Source: a bacterium (GTDB lineage: Bacteria; SAR324; XYD2-FULL-50-16; G965216635). Taken from it: a stretch of DNA of 64,000 nucleotides. The stretch is from assembly GCA_965216635.1 (NCBI GenBank), contig OZ244188.1, positions 1,568,001 through 1,632,000 of the forward strand, in the 5' to 3' direction. Shown one piece after another: positions 8,691 to 17,926 of the stretch. Each line of letters begins with the position of its first letter. Within the stretch, counting starts at the first letter, position 1. Both the position numbers and the translations under genes were made by a program. The notes beneath the pieces are model-generated. The model searched no databases. It was not told where the DNA came from and saw only the letters and a list, made by a program, of their open reading frames with translations.

Positions 8691-10076
8691 ATGAGTAAAG
8701 AAGCAGAAGCAGAAAAATATTTTGATAATGGTTCGGCAAAATATAAAAAAGGAGATTTAAAAGGAGCTATTGCAGATTTTAACAAAGCCATAGAACTAGA
8801 CCCAAAAAACGCAAACACCTACAACAACCGAGGCAACGCAAAATATGAACTTAAACAATACGACGAAGCTATCAAAGATTACGACAAAGCCATAGAATTA
8901 AACCCAGATTTTGCATTAGCTTACTATAACCGAGGCGCCGCAAAATATGATCTTAAGCAATACGGCGAAGCTATTAAGGATTACGGCAAAGCCATAAAAC
9001 TAAATCCAAAATTTGCAAAAGCCTACTATAGCCGAGGACTTGTAAAAGCTGTTCTCAAACAACACAAAGAAGCTATTGCAGATTACGACAAATCCATAGA
9101 GCTAGACCCAAAAGATGCACGCGCCTACATGAACCGAGGCAACGCAAAATATGAACTCACAGAATACATGGAAGCTATTGACGATTTTGACAAAGCCATA
9201 GGAATAAACCCAAAATATGCAAAAGCCTATTACAACCGAGGATTAGCAAAAGATGAAGTAAATCTTTATGAGGAAGCTATATGGGATTACGATGAAGTCA
9301 TAAAACTAGATCCCAAAAATATAAAAGCCTATATGCACCGAGGCTATGCAAAAGAAAGCGGGAGAGAATTTGCAAATACTTTATATGAAGACTCTATAGA
9401 GGATTATACTTCAGTTTTAAAACTAGACCCAAAAAATGCAGAAGCCTACTACAACCTAGGCCGTGTTTACCGAGAATTAGGAAACGAAGAAAAAGCACTA
9501 AAAAATTTTAAAAAAGCACAAGAACTAGACCCTACTTTAATTTTCCAAGAAGAAACTAAAAAAGCCAAAAAAGAAGTCCGAGAAGAAATAAAAGAAGAAA
9601 TCAAAGAGCAAGCAGAAGGAACTAGAAAAACTCAAGAATTTCAAAAAACACTAGAAGATCTAAAAAAAAAATTAATAATATCCGAGTATCTATGGCTAGG
9701 ATTTTCTATACTTACAGTTGTGATAACTGCTATAATTTTTATATTGCCTTTTTTTGAAAATTCGTTGCCTGAATTTACAATACCTGAAAAATTTCTAGCG
9801 GGTTATTTTCTTTTTCCTTTCTTGTCTATCGTTAGTTTTACGGTGTTGAGAATTTATACCAACACCAGAAAACACAGACTAGAAACAGAAAACCGTTTGG
9901 CTATGGCGAAAATGTTAGCCCGCATAGAAAACAAAGATAAAATTGAACCTCACTACCAAGAGCATTTTCTTCCAGAGCTAGCAAAAATAATTATCAACCC
10001 GCTTTACCCTGAAAGAAGTAAAAAAACAGACGCCACAAACCTATCCAATATTATAAAAAACCTTTCCCAAAAATAA
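8691..10076 (+). CDS. TPR-repeat protein (about 8 TPRs) with coiled coil and C-terminal 2-TM domain (paralog 3)
   Basis: TPR array; tail near-identical to paralog 1. Confidence 0.9.
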   Translation: MSKEAEAEKYFDNGSAKYKKGDLKGAIADFNKAIELDPKNANTYNNRGNAKYELKQYDEAIKDYDKAIELNPDFALAYYNRGAAKYDLKQYGEAIKDYGKAIKLNPKFAKAYYSRGLVKAVLKQHKEAIADYDKSIELDPKDARAYMNRGNAKYELTEYMEAIDDFDKAIGINPKYAKAYYNRGLAKDEVNLYEEAIWDYDEVIKLDPKNIKAYMHRGYAKESGREFANTLYEDSIEDYTSVLKLDPKNAEAYYNLGRVYRELGNEEKALKNFKKAQELDPTLIFQEETKKAKKEVREEIKEEIKEQAEGTRKTQEFQKTLEDLKKKLIISEYLWLGFSILTVVITAIIFILPFFENSLPEFTIPEKFLAGYFLFPFLSIVSFTVLRIYTNTRKHRLETENRLAMAKMLARIENKDKIEPHYQEHFLPELAKIIINPLYPERSKKTDATNLSNIIKNLSQK

Positions 10077-10093
10077 AAAAATAAATTCATACA

Positions 10094-11077
10094 ATGGACA
10101 AAAAAAAAGTAGTCCTCTCAGGTATTAGACCTACTGGCAGTCTACATTTAGGAAATTACTTTGGAGCGATCGCTCAATTTTTAGAATTACAAAAAACGGG
10201 AGCAAACTGCTATTATTTTGTTGCTGATTTACACGCCTTAACAAGTATTCAAAAAAAAGAGCTTCTTCAAAAAAACACCCTAGAAGTCGTAAAAAGCTAC
10301 ATAGCTTGCGGTATAAATACAGAAAAAGCCTTGATCTACAAACAAAGTGATATCTTAGAAATTCCTTACCTTACTACTATTCTTTCTGCAATTACTCCAG
10401 AAGGATTACTGAGAAGATGCACAACCTTTAAAGACAAAGCCGCCAAAGAAGAAATCGTATCACTTGGACTTCTATCCTATCCTGTATTGATGGCTGCCGA
10501 TATTTTGATTGTAAGCAGTAGCATAGTTCCAGTAGGAGAAGACCAACTACAGCACCTAGAAATTACCAGAGATATAGCCCAAAAATTCAACCATCTTTTT
10601 GGAGAAACCTTTATCATTCCTAAAGCCCAAGTAATGAAATCTATCCGTGTGCCTAGTCTGGACGGGAGCGGAAAAATGGGTAAATCCGATGGTAATAGCA
10701 TTGGTCTACTAGATAGCGCTGAGACTATCTTAAAAAAAGTAATGTCGGCAAAAACAGATTTAGGTCCTGAAAAAGGTAAAGAAATGTCCGAGACTATGAA
10801 AAACTTCTATGCAATCTTAAAACTTTGTAGCAGTGAGGAAACTTACCAAGAATACCTAAACAAGTATAACAAAGGTGAGCAAAAATTTTACGCCCAAATG
10901 AAAAAAAAACTCGCAGAAGATATTATACAACTCACAGCTCCTATCAAAGAAAAATATTATTCTAGCGAATGCGCAGACGATAAAATCATCCAACTTTTGG
11001 CAGATAATGCAAAAAAAGTGCGTCAAGCAAGCAAAGATTTGCTTGCTAAAGTACAAGAAAAGGTAGGCGTTGTTTAA
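10094..11077 (+). CDS. trpS: Tryptophan--tRNA ligase
   Basis: SGIRPTG.LHLGNY (HIGH), YPVLMAADIL, VPVGEDQ.QH, KMGKS. Confidence 0.97.
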   Translation: MDKKKVVLSGIRPTGSLHLGNYFGAIAQFLELQKTGANCYYFVADLHALTSIQKKELLQKNTLEVVKSYIACGINTEKALIYKQSDILEIPYLTTILSAITPEGLLRRCTTFKDKAAKEEIVSLGLLSYPVLMAADILIVSSSIVPVGEDQLQHLEITRDIAQKFNHLFGETFIIPKAQVMKSIRVPSLDGSGKMGKSDGNSIGLLDSAETILKKVMSAKTDLGPEKGKEMSETMKNFYAILKLCSSEETYQEYLNKYNKGEQKFYAQMKKKLAEDIIQLTAPIKEKYYSSECADDKIIQLLADNAKKVRQASKDLLAKVQEKVGVV

Positions 11078-11089
11078 AAGTTATAATTT

Positions 11090-12013
11090 ATGAAAGCCAA
11101 TCTTAAAAAAATTCCATCTAGTGATACTACACTATCTCTCAACAAAATTGTTTGTGATGATGCAGTAGTTTCATTAAAAGAAATCCAAGAAGAAAATTTT
11201 TTTGATTTAGTTATTGCAGACCCTCCTTACAATATAGGAAAAGATTTTGGTAATACCAAAGACTACCGTGAGTTGCCAGATTATTTGCATTGGTGCGACG
11301 AATGGATTGCTGAATGTCTACGACTGGCGAAAGCGACAGCCCCAATCTTTATTTATGGATTTCCAGAAATTTTAGCCCATATAGCAGTGCGTTATCCTTT
11401 AGAAAAACAAAAATGGTTAGTTTGGCACTATACCAATAAAGCTGTTCCTTCTTTGAAATTTTGGCAAAGGAGCCACGAATCTATTCTTTGTATTTGGAAA
11501 GAAAAAAAACCGCAGTTAAGAGTAGACGCTATTCGAGAAAATTACACCGAATCTTTTCTTAAAAATGCAGCGGGTAAGGTGCGTAAAGAAACCTATTGTC
11601 GCTATAGCACTAAAGGAAAAAAAACGATTTACCAAGCCCATCCTAATGGGGCTTTGCCTAGGGATGTTTTGAAAATTCCCGCTTTGGCTGGAGGAGCTGG
11701 CTATTCTGAGAGATGGTTTTTTTGTAAAGACTGTAATCGTCTTTGTTTTCCTAATGAAACAGAATCTCACTTAACGCATAACACTATCAAGCACCCAACA
11801 CAAAAACCAGCTAATCTGACAAAAAAACTTATCGCGTCAGCTACCGATTCCAAAGGATGCCTATTAGTTCCATTTGCTGGCTCTGGTTCTGAATGCGTAG
11901 TCGCTCAAGAAATGGAAGTCAATTTTTTTGCTACAGAAATCAATCCAGACTATGTATTACTAGCCAATAGTTGGTTGAAAAAAACAGAAAAGAAAACAGA
12001 AACTTTGTTTTAG
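11090..12013 (+). CDS. Beta-class N6A/N4C DNA methyltransferase
   Basis: DPPY precedes HPTQKP and PFAGSG; CKDC insert. Confidence 0.92.
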   Translation: MKANLKKIPSSDTTLSLNKIVCDDAVVSLKEIQEENFFDLVIADPPYNIGKDFGNTKDYRELPDYLHWCDEWIAECLRLAKATAPIFIYGFPEILAHIAVRYPLEKQKWLVWHYTNKAVPSLKFWQRSHESILCIWKEKKPQLRVDAIRENYTESFLKNAAGKVRKETYCRYSTKGKKTIYQAHPNGALPRDVLKIPALAGGAGYSERWFFCKDCNRLCFPNETESHLTHNTIKHPTQKPANLTKKLIASATDSKGCLLVPFAGSGSECVVAQEMEVNFFATEINPDYVLLANSWLKKTEKKTETLF

Positions 12014-12026
12014 AAAATTACTAAAA

Positions 12027-12704
12027 ATGACTTCAAGAGAAAAATTTAACCAATTCTTACTTACTATTGATTTGGCTAGGTATAGAGAAAAATACAGGCA
12101 TATAAAACTAGTTGAACTCAATTTACCAAAAAATATTCAAGCTATTTGCCACCTTTACCAAGAATATTGGAAAAGAAGAAAAAATTTTCCTTCTTTTGAA
12201 AAATTTTATGAGATTTACTCACAAGATTTGAGCAATGAGCTAGAAGCATTTAGAAAAAAGACTATGTTTAGTGTAGAAACATTTTATAGAGGTCTGCCCG
12301 CCAGAATCTATAGAACTTGGGCGTCATTACTAACACAAATTCAAGGGGGTTATGCTGCTGAAGAAATCTATGGAAATCAAAATGTAATAATGAGTGCTGA
12401 ACTAGATTATCAAGGAATAGATATGAAATTCATTCATAAAAAAGAAGAAGTAAATATTCAAATCAAAAAAGAATCTATGAGTAAAGAAATCAGAGCACCT
12501 TGGCAACACATAAAGAAAAACAATAAAATTATCAATATCACTTATGAAATACCAATTAGTAGTCCTAAAAAAAAGAATGGAGAACCAAGAAAACCCTTTA
12601 CTGATTGGCAAGAAAAATGGGATGGTAAATTAGAAAGACTTAATAATGGATTTATTATTTTCAAACCTCAAATGTTTTCTCCTGAATATATTACCATACC
12701 ATAA
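12027..12704 (+). CDS. TaqI-family type II restriction endonuclease
   Basis: FL..IDL..Y..KYR.IK.VE..LP, ARIYRT..S..TQ, ELD.QGID, IQIKKE and LERL.NGF.IF match my recollection of R.TaqI. Confidence 0.85.
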   Translation: MTSREKFNQFLLTIDLARYREKYRHIKLVELNLPKNIQAICHLYQEYWKRRKNFPSFEKFYEIYSQDLSNELEAFRKKTMFSVETFYRGLPARIYRTWASLLTQIQGGYAAEEIYGNQNVIMSAELDYQGIDMKFIHKKEEVNIQIKKESMSKEIRAPWQHIKKNNKIINITYEIPISSPKKKNGEPRKPFTDWQEKWDGKLERLNNGFIIFKPQMFSPEYITIP

Positions 12705-12738
12705 AATTTCGAGAAACCTTTGATATTCTCTCTACAAT

Positions 12739-13719
12739 ATGAAATTCATTGATTCAGCAAAAGTATTTTTAAAATCTGGAGGTGGTGGCAATGGTTGTTT
12801 ATCCTATTATTATAGAGGCAAAAAGAGATTGCCTTCTGGAGGAAACGGGGGTGTAGGAGGTAGCATCTATCTACAAGGCACTCCTAGTTTGAATAACCTG
12901 ACTTACTTAAGATATCATCCTCATCAAAAGGCTGGAAATGGTTTGCACGGTAAAGGAAAAAATCAAAATGGAAGATCAGGAATAGATAAAATCATAGAAG
13001 TGCCACTTGGCACTTTATTATTAGACGAACAAACCACAGAGGAAATTTGCGAAACTCTAACTCCAGAAAAAATTCTTATTCTCAAAGGTAGCGATGGAGG
13101 CGTAGGCAACCAAAATTTTAAAACAGGAAAACCTATCAATGAAGAAATTCTGCAAGGAAAATCAGGCGTAGAAAAAACCTTTCTTTTAGAGTTGAAAATT
13201 ATGGCAGATGTAGGTTTAGTAGGCTTACCTAATGCAGGAAAATCTACTTTTTTAAGTAAAATATCCAATCAAACTCCAAAAATCGCAGACTATCCCTTTA
13301 CAACTCTTTTTCCTCAACTAGGAGTAGTTCGTTTAGCCGACTACAAAAGTTTTGTAGTAGCCGATATACCCGGCTTAATAGAAGGAGCTCACGATGGAAA
13401 AGGGCTAGGGTATAGATTCTTAAAACATATCCAACGCACCAAATTTTTATTTTTTTTAATAGACGGTAGTGATGAAAAGTTTTCCGTCAAACAAAGTTTT
13501 CTTTTACTTAAAAAAGAATTGGCTCTGTTTTCTGAAGCATTATTAAAAAAAAATTTTGTTGTTTTGCTAAACAAACAAGATAAAATCAAAAAATCTAGTA
13601 TTTTAGAAAAAGAAAAAGAATATTTTCAAAAGAATAATATCAAGGTATATTGGATTTCAGGTTTGAATGGGTACGGGATTGAAGAATTTCTCAATGAGGT
13701 CAAAAAATGTCTGATATAA
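12739..13719 (+). CDS. obgE: GTPase ObgE/CgtA
   Basis: Gly-rich Obg fold, GLPNAGKST, YPFTTL, DIPGLIEGA, NKQD. Confidence 0.96.
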   Translation: MKFIDSAKVFLKSGGGGNGCLSYYYRGKKRLPSGGNGGVGGSIYLQGTPSLNNLTYLRYHPHQKAGNGLHGKGKNQNGRSGIDKIIEVPLGTLLLDEQTTEEICETLTPEKILILKGSDGGVGNQNFKTGKPINEEILQGKSGVEKTFLLELKIMADVGLVGLPNAGKSTFLSKISNQTPKIADYPFTTLFPQLGVVRLADYKSFVVADIPGLIEGAHDGKGLGYRFLKHIQRTKFLFFLIDGSDEKFSVKQSFLLLKKELALFSEALLKKNFVVLLNKQDKIKKSSILEKEKEYFQKNNIKVYWISGLNGYGIEEFLNEVKKCLI

Positions 13720-14033
13720 CTGATTTAATAAAATTCAAAATAGGTGACAAAGATTTTAGTTTTAAACTAGAAGAAAACGAACAAACAAAAGAAAAAATTT
13801 TATCTATTATCAATCAAGTGGCTGATTTTACTCAAGTAGGCGAAAAAAAATTTTTAAACTCACACGACTACGCTTACATAATTTTTGCTTTAGCGGTTAA
13901 TCTAGCAAGAAAAACAGAATCTCGCAGCACAGAAACGGAAAACAAACCAGAAAAATTAGAAAAAGAAGCAGAAATTGTAGCGGAAATAGAAAAACTTATT
14001 GCAAAAATTTCTAAATTAGCAGAACCTTCTTAA
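13707..14033 (+). CDS. zapA: Probable cell division protein ZapA
   Basis: N-terminal beta hairpin (KIGDKDFSF), ALAVNLA helix, C-terminal coiled coil, position before a 6S-like RNA. Confidence 0.55.
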   Translation: MSDITDLIKFKIGDKDFSFKLEENEQTKEKILSIINQVADFTQVGEKKFLNSHDYAYIIFALAVNLARKTESRSTETENKPEKLEKEAEIVAEIEKLIAKISKLAEPS

Positions 14034-14197
14034 AGGTCTGCTTTGTTACTATCTAGATATTAAATAAAGAACTATAAAAGCGGTTCTTGTTTCCTGTGTG
14101 CATGCCTTACTTATTTTTTAAGTTTAGGAAGCCTGACGGTAATATACTGCTTTACCTTTTTTAAAAAAGGTCTTTGTATGACGAAGTGGACTCCTCC
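14034..14197 (+). ncRNA. ssrS: Probable 6S RNA (boundaries approximate)
   Basis: Follows the zapA-like gene (classic synteny); contains tgtgtgcatgcc...ggaagcctga, which resembles the 6S apical segment; gaac...ggttc-type pairing potential. Confidence 0.55.
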
Positions 14198-14201
14198 CAA
14201 A

Positions 14202-15953
14202 ATGAAAAAAAAAAAAACTGCAGAAAATATAAAACACTGGGCAGAATCCCCTGATTTTAATTCCACCACAAGAGCAGAAATTCAAAAACTCCTCAAAAAA
14301 GAAGATAAAGAAGAACTAGAGAGCAGATTTTCTCAAGAATTGGATTTTGGAACAGGTGGAATCAGGGCAGTAATGGCGGCTGGCACAAATAGGATTAATC
14401 TTTATACTGTAAGAAAAATCAGCATTGGCTTTGCAAAATATGTCTTATCTCTCCCCCAGAACCAAAAAAACAAATCTATCGCCATTGCATACGACAATAG
14501 AGCCTTTTCTGTAGAATTTGCCAAAGAAGTAGCCAGAACATTTGCAAATTTCAAAATTCAAGTATGGCTCTTTAAAGAACTCGCCCCCACTCCCTTACTT
14601 TCTTTTGCAATCCGTTTTTTAAAAACAACCGCTGGAGTAGTTATTACCGCAAGCCATAATCCTCCTCAATACAACGGCTACAAAATTTATAACGAAAGCG
14701 GAGCTCAAGTTAGCTCCCCCGAAGACCTAGAAATTAAAAAATTTATAGATAGTGTAAAAGACTACACTTCTTTCAAACTAAAAAGTTTTGCTGAGCTACT
14801 AGAAAAAAAAAAAATACAATGGATGCCTCAAAAAGTAAGCGATGCCTATTTTCGACTTTTAGAAGAAATCTGCATTGGAGATAAAACAAAAAACTCCCAC
14901 TTAAACCTAATCTATAGCCCTTTGTATGGAGCAGGCAAATTGTCTGTAACCCAGATTATGAAAAAAAGAAATTTTCAAAAATTTCACTTGTGCAAATCCC
15001 AAAGTTCTCCCGATACAAATTTCGGAGGATTGAAAAAACCTAACCCCGAAGAAAGAGAAACCTTCGGGGGAGCTATACTTGAGGCTATACCCGAAGACGA
15101 GTTAATTTTTGCTACTGATCCAGATGCAGATAGAATTGGTATTTTATGTAAAAAAGAAAATCAGTGGCACACAATCAATGGAAATCAAATAGGACAGCTT
15201 TTGCTTTATTATTATCTTAAAACCCTAAAAGAAAAAAACAAATTACCTAAAAAAGGAGTAGTGATTAGCACCGTAGTCACTTCCCCCCTACAAAAAAAAA
15301 TAGCCGAGTCTTTTGGAATGAAAGTCTATGAAACTCTGACAGGTTTTAAAAATATAGCATCGGTTATGAGACAAATAGATCTTTCGGATTTAGGAGAAGT
15401 ATTTGTTTTTGGCTGCGAAGAAAGTCATGGTTATCTATTAAGCTCGGAAATAAGAGACAAGGATGGAATAATGGCAGCAGTTTTTTTTGCAGAAATGACA
15501 GCCGAATTAAAAGCAGAAAACAAAACTCCCTTAGATTTACTAGAGGAAATTTATCAAAAATACGGCTACTGTAAAGATAGCTTGGCAGACTATTCTTTTG
15601 AAGGAATACAAGGAAAAAAAAAAATTATTGCCATTATGGAGCAATTCAAGAAATCATTTTTTAATGAAGGTATGCAAATCAGTAAAGCTATAGATTACAA
15701 AAATTCTTGTATTTTAGAGTCTAATATTTCAGCTAAGGGCAAAAACATCCTTATCAAAGACACGACACTACCCATAGCTCATATTTTTGCTTTTCACTTA
15801 AAAGAAGGCAGTAGGATCACCGCTCGCCCCTCTGGTACAGAGCCTAAAATTAAATTTTATCTCAACTTAACAGGACAAAATAAAGAGACTGTAAATAAAT
15901 TAGAAACGGCTATTCTTAAAAAAATAGAGTTGTTGGTCCACTCCGTAAAATGA
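14202..15953 (+). CDS. pgm: Phosphoglucomutase/phosphomannomutase
   Basis: FGTGG.R, TASHNP, DPDADR, EESHG, RPSGTEPKIKFY. The 14202 start is preferred because 14178 lies in the RNA candidate. Confidence 0.93.
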   Translation: MKKKKTAENIKHWAESPDFNSTTRAEIQKLLKKEDKEELESRFSQELDFGTGGIRAVMAAGTNRINLYTVRKISIGFAKYVLSLPQNQKNKSIAIAYDNRAFSVEFAKEVARTFANFKIQVWLFKELAPTPLLSFAIRFLKTTAGVVITASHNPPQYNGYKIYNESGAQVSSPEDLEIKKFIDSVKDYTSFKLKSFAELLEKKKIQWMPQKVSDAYFRLLEEICIGDKTKNSHLNLIYSPLYGAGKLSVTQIMKKRNFQKFHLCKSQSSPDTNFGGLKKPNPEERETFGGAILEAIPEDELIFATDPDADRIGILCKKENQWHTINGNQIGQLLLYYYLKTLKEKNKLPKKGVVISTVVTSPLQKKIAESFGMKVYETLTGFKNIASVMRQIDLSDLGEVFVFGCEESHGYLLSSEIRDKDGIMAAVFFAEMTAELKAENKTPLDLLEEIYQKYGYCKDSLADYSFEGIQGKKKIIAIMEQFKKSFFNEGMQISKAIDYKNSCILESNISAKGKNILIKDTTLPIAHIFAFHLKEGSRITARPSGTEPKIKFYLNLTGQNKETVNKLETAILKKIELLVHSVK

Positions 15954-16411
15954 GGTTAGTAATACAAAGAGTAAGTCAAGCCAGTCTAACTGTAGAAGAC
16001 AAATGCATCGCTAGAATCGGAGAAGGTTTATTAGTACTAGTAGGTTTTCACAAAGAAGATAAAGAAAGTATACTAGATAAAATGCTCCAAAAATTCGCTA
16101 ATATTCATTATTTTGGAGACACACAAAATAAAACTGTAGCATCTATTTCCGATAAATCTGCAGAAATTTTATTAGTCTCCCAATTTACTCTTTTTGCCGA
16201 TGTGAAAAAAGGCAGAAATCCAAGTTGGCATAAAGCAGCAAAACCGAAAGATGCAAAACTGCTTTATAATAACTTTTACAAAAAAGTAGCAACAGCTTTT
16301 CCTCAAAAAGTATCACAAGGTTTGTTTGGAGCCTATACAAAAATCCATCTGGTATGTGAAGGACCCCTAACTTTAATCTTGGATTCTCGAGAAATTTTTC
16401 CCTCGGTCTAA
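15950..16411 (+). CDS. dtd: D-aminoacyl-tRNA deacylase
   Basis: MRLVIQRV, SQFTL, GP motif. Confidence 0.95.
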   Translation: MRLVIQRVSQASLTVEDKCIARIGEGLLVLVGFHKEDKESILDKMLQKFANIHYFGDTQNKTVASISDKSAEILLVSQFTLFADVKKGRNPSWHKAAKPKDAKLLYNNFYKKVATAFPQKVSQGLFGAYTKIHLVCEGPLTLILDSREIFPSV

Positions 16412-16479
16412 AAAAGCATTTCCCTCGGTCTAAAAAAGCATTTTCCTCGGTCTAAAAAAGCATTTCCCTCGGTCTAAAA
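16397..16479. repeat. 22-bp tandem repeat (TTTCCCTCGGTCTAAAAAAGCA, about 3.8 copies) copying the dtd 3' end and stop codon
   Basis: Read directly; no spacers. Confidence 0.95.
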
Positions 16480-16500
16480 TTTTTTTTAAAAAGTTCTCTA

Positions 16501-16875
16501 TTACAAAAGAAGCTGGAACATTGCAAACATAGATGAAAGAGTGATTGCCAAGCTGCCCGCAGTCATTGCAAAGACCCACTTGATAGTGTCTGTTTTAATA
16601 GTTGATATTTCTTTTTGCAAATTATTTTGCATTATTGCCATTTCTTTTTGGATACTTAACTCTAAAATCCTTAGATCTTTTTTTGTCGCTTCCTTATCTG
16701 GATTACTTAAATCCAAGCTTGTTTCTGATTTTTCTGCAAAACTTTGCACAGTTTTTAGAGATATAGCTTCCGCAGCGATTTTTGCTTTTTTTTTATCTGC
16801 ACCAGCACTCAAAAGAGCAGATAGTATTTTTTTTGAAATATCCTCTCCATCTGTTATTCGTTGTTGTAGATTCAT
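16501..16875 (-). CDS. DUF1640/CCDC90-like coiled-coil protein with C-terminal membrane anchor
   Basis: ATKKDL...coiled coil...IKWVFAM + TM; N-terminus resembles the 42896 and 45739 proteins. Confidence 0.7.
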   Translation of the reverse strand: MNLQQRITDGEDISKKILSALLSAGADKKKAKIAAEAISLKTVQSFAEKSETSLDLSNPDKEATKKDLRILELSIQKEMAIMQNNLQKEISTIKTDTIKWVFAMTAGSLAITLSSMFAMFQLLL

Positions 16876-16952
16876 TAATTTATCTGTCGTTTATTCTCTT
16901 AAAGAATAATAAAAAAAAATAAAAAAAGCAATAAAAATCTATCAGAAAAAAA

Positions 16953-17921
16953 CTAGCCACCTATCTGTTGCATATAAGTATCCGCCCCCACAAAAACTTT
17001 TTGTTTAGACTCCATAGCACCCAATAAAACTTTCTTTAGTTCTACTTTGTATTCTTGGGGTTCTGAGTTCAGCAAGTGCGTTATGGACTGATTGCGAGTA
17101 TTGCTGAGACAACCATAAATTTTTCCATCCGAAGTAAGTCTCAATCTATTACAATTCTGACAGAAAGGAGCAGAATAATTAGGAATAATCCCAAAAAATC
17201 CTTTGCCTGCAATCTCAAATTTTTGAGCTACAGAATCTATCGGAGCATCGCTCTTTTGAAAGTGATATTTTTGAGAAATTTTTTCTAATAATTCATCCAT
17301 AGAAATAAAAAAAGATTCAAAAACATTTTTAATATGCCCCATCTTCATCAGCTCAATATAGCGGCATTCTATATTTCTCGCCAAGCAAAAATCTAAAAGA
17401 GGTATAATGTGCTCCTCGTTTAAATTTTTCATAGGCACCATATTGATTTTAAGACGAAAGCCCATTTCCAATGCTTTATCTATAGCTGATAAAACCCGCT
17501 TCAATCCTTTTCTATGACTCATTTTTACAAAAATTTTCTCGTCCAAACTATCTAGGCTAATGTTTATTCTGCGAAATCCACTATCCCAAAGTGGAGACAA
17601 ATATTTTTCCAGTAAAAAGGCATTGGTAGTAAGACTCTTGTCCTTGAGTGGTAATTTTTGAAGAAAATCTAAAAAATTTTCTAAATCTCTGTAAAGCAGA
17701 GGTTCTCCGCCTGTCAAACGAAGTTTTGTGATTCCAGCGGTTTTTACCAGAGCTTGAGTTAAGAAAAAAAGGTCTGCTGCGTTCAATTCATTTGGAAGTT
17801 TTTTTAAAGCTAGATTTTGAGGCACACAGTAGGTGCATTGAAAATTACAGGCTTGAGTGAGGCTCACTCTCAAAGAAGAAAAACTTCTACCAAACTCATC
17901 TTTGTATTTAATTGGATCCAA
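16953..17921 (-). CDS. moaA: GTP 3',8-cyclase (Moco biosynthesis)
   Basis: CxxxCxxC, LTGGEP, FCxxCNRLR, C-terminal IGG. Confidence 0.95.
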   Translation of the reverse strand: MDPIKYKDEFGRSFSSLRVSLTQACNFQCTYCVPQNLALKKLPNELNAADLFFLTQALVKTAGITKLRLTGGEPLLYRDLENFLDFLQKLPLKDKSLTTNAFLLEKYLSPLWDSGFRRINISLDSLDEKIFVKMSHRKGLKRVLSAIDKALEMGFRLKINMVPMKNLNEEHIIPLLDFCLARNIECRYIELMKMGHIKNVFESFFISMDELLEKISQKYHFQKSDAPIDSVAQKFEIAGKGFFGIIPNYSAPFCQNCNRLRLTSDGKIYGCLSNTRNQSITHLLNSEPQEYKVELKKVLLGAMESKQKVFVGADTYMQQIGG

Positions 17922-17926
17922 AATAT

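Noticed and set aside
3421..9540. Diversity-generating retroelement acting on the TPR genes
   Set aside because: No reverse transcriptase, no non-coding template repeat, and differences are not limited to adenines.
3225..10080. Integron cassette array
   Set aside because: No integrase or attC-like sites; the shared sequence is the IIG coding tail, which fits tandem duplication.
16397..16479. Possible CRISPR array (also 63159-63217 and 35865-36230)
   Set aside because: Head-to-tail repeats without unique spacers; no cas genes.
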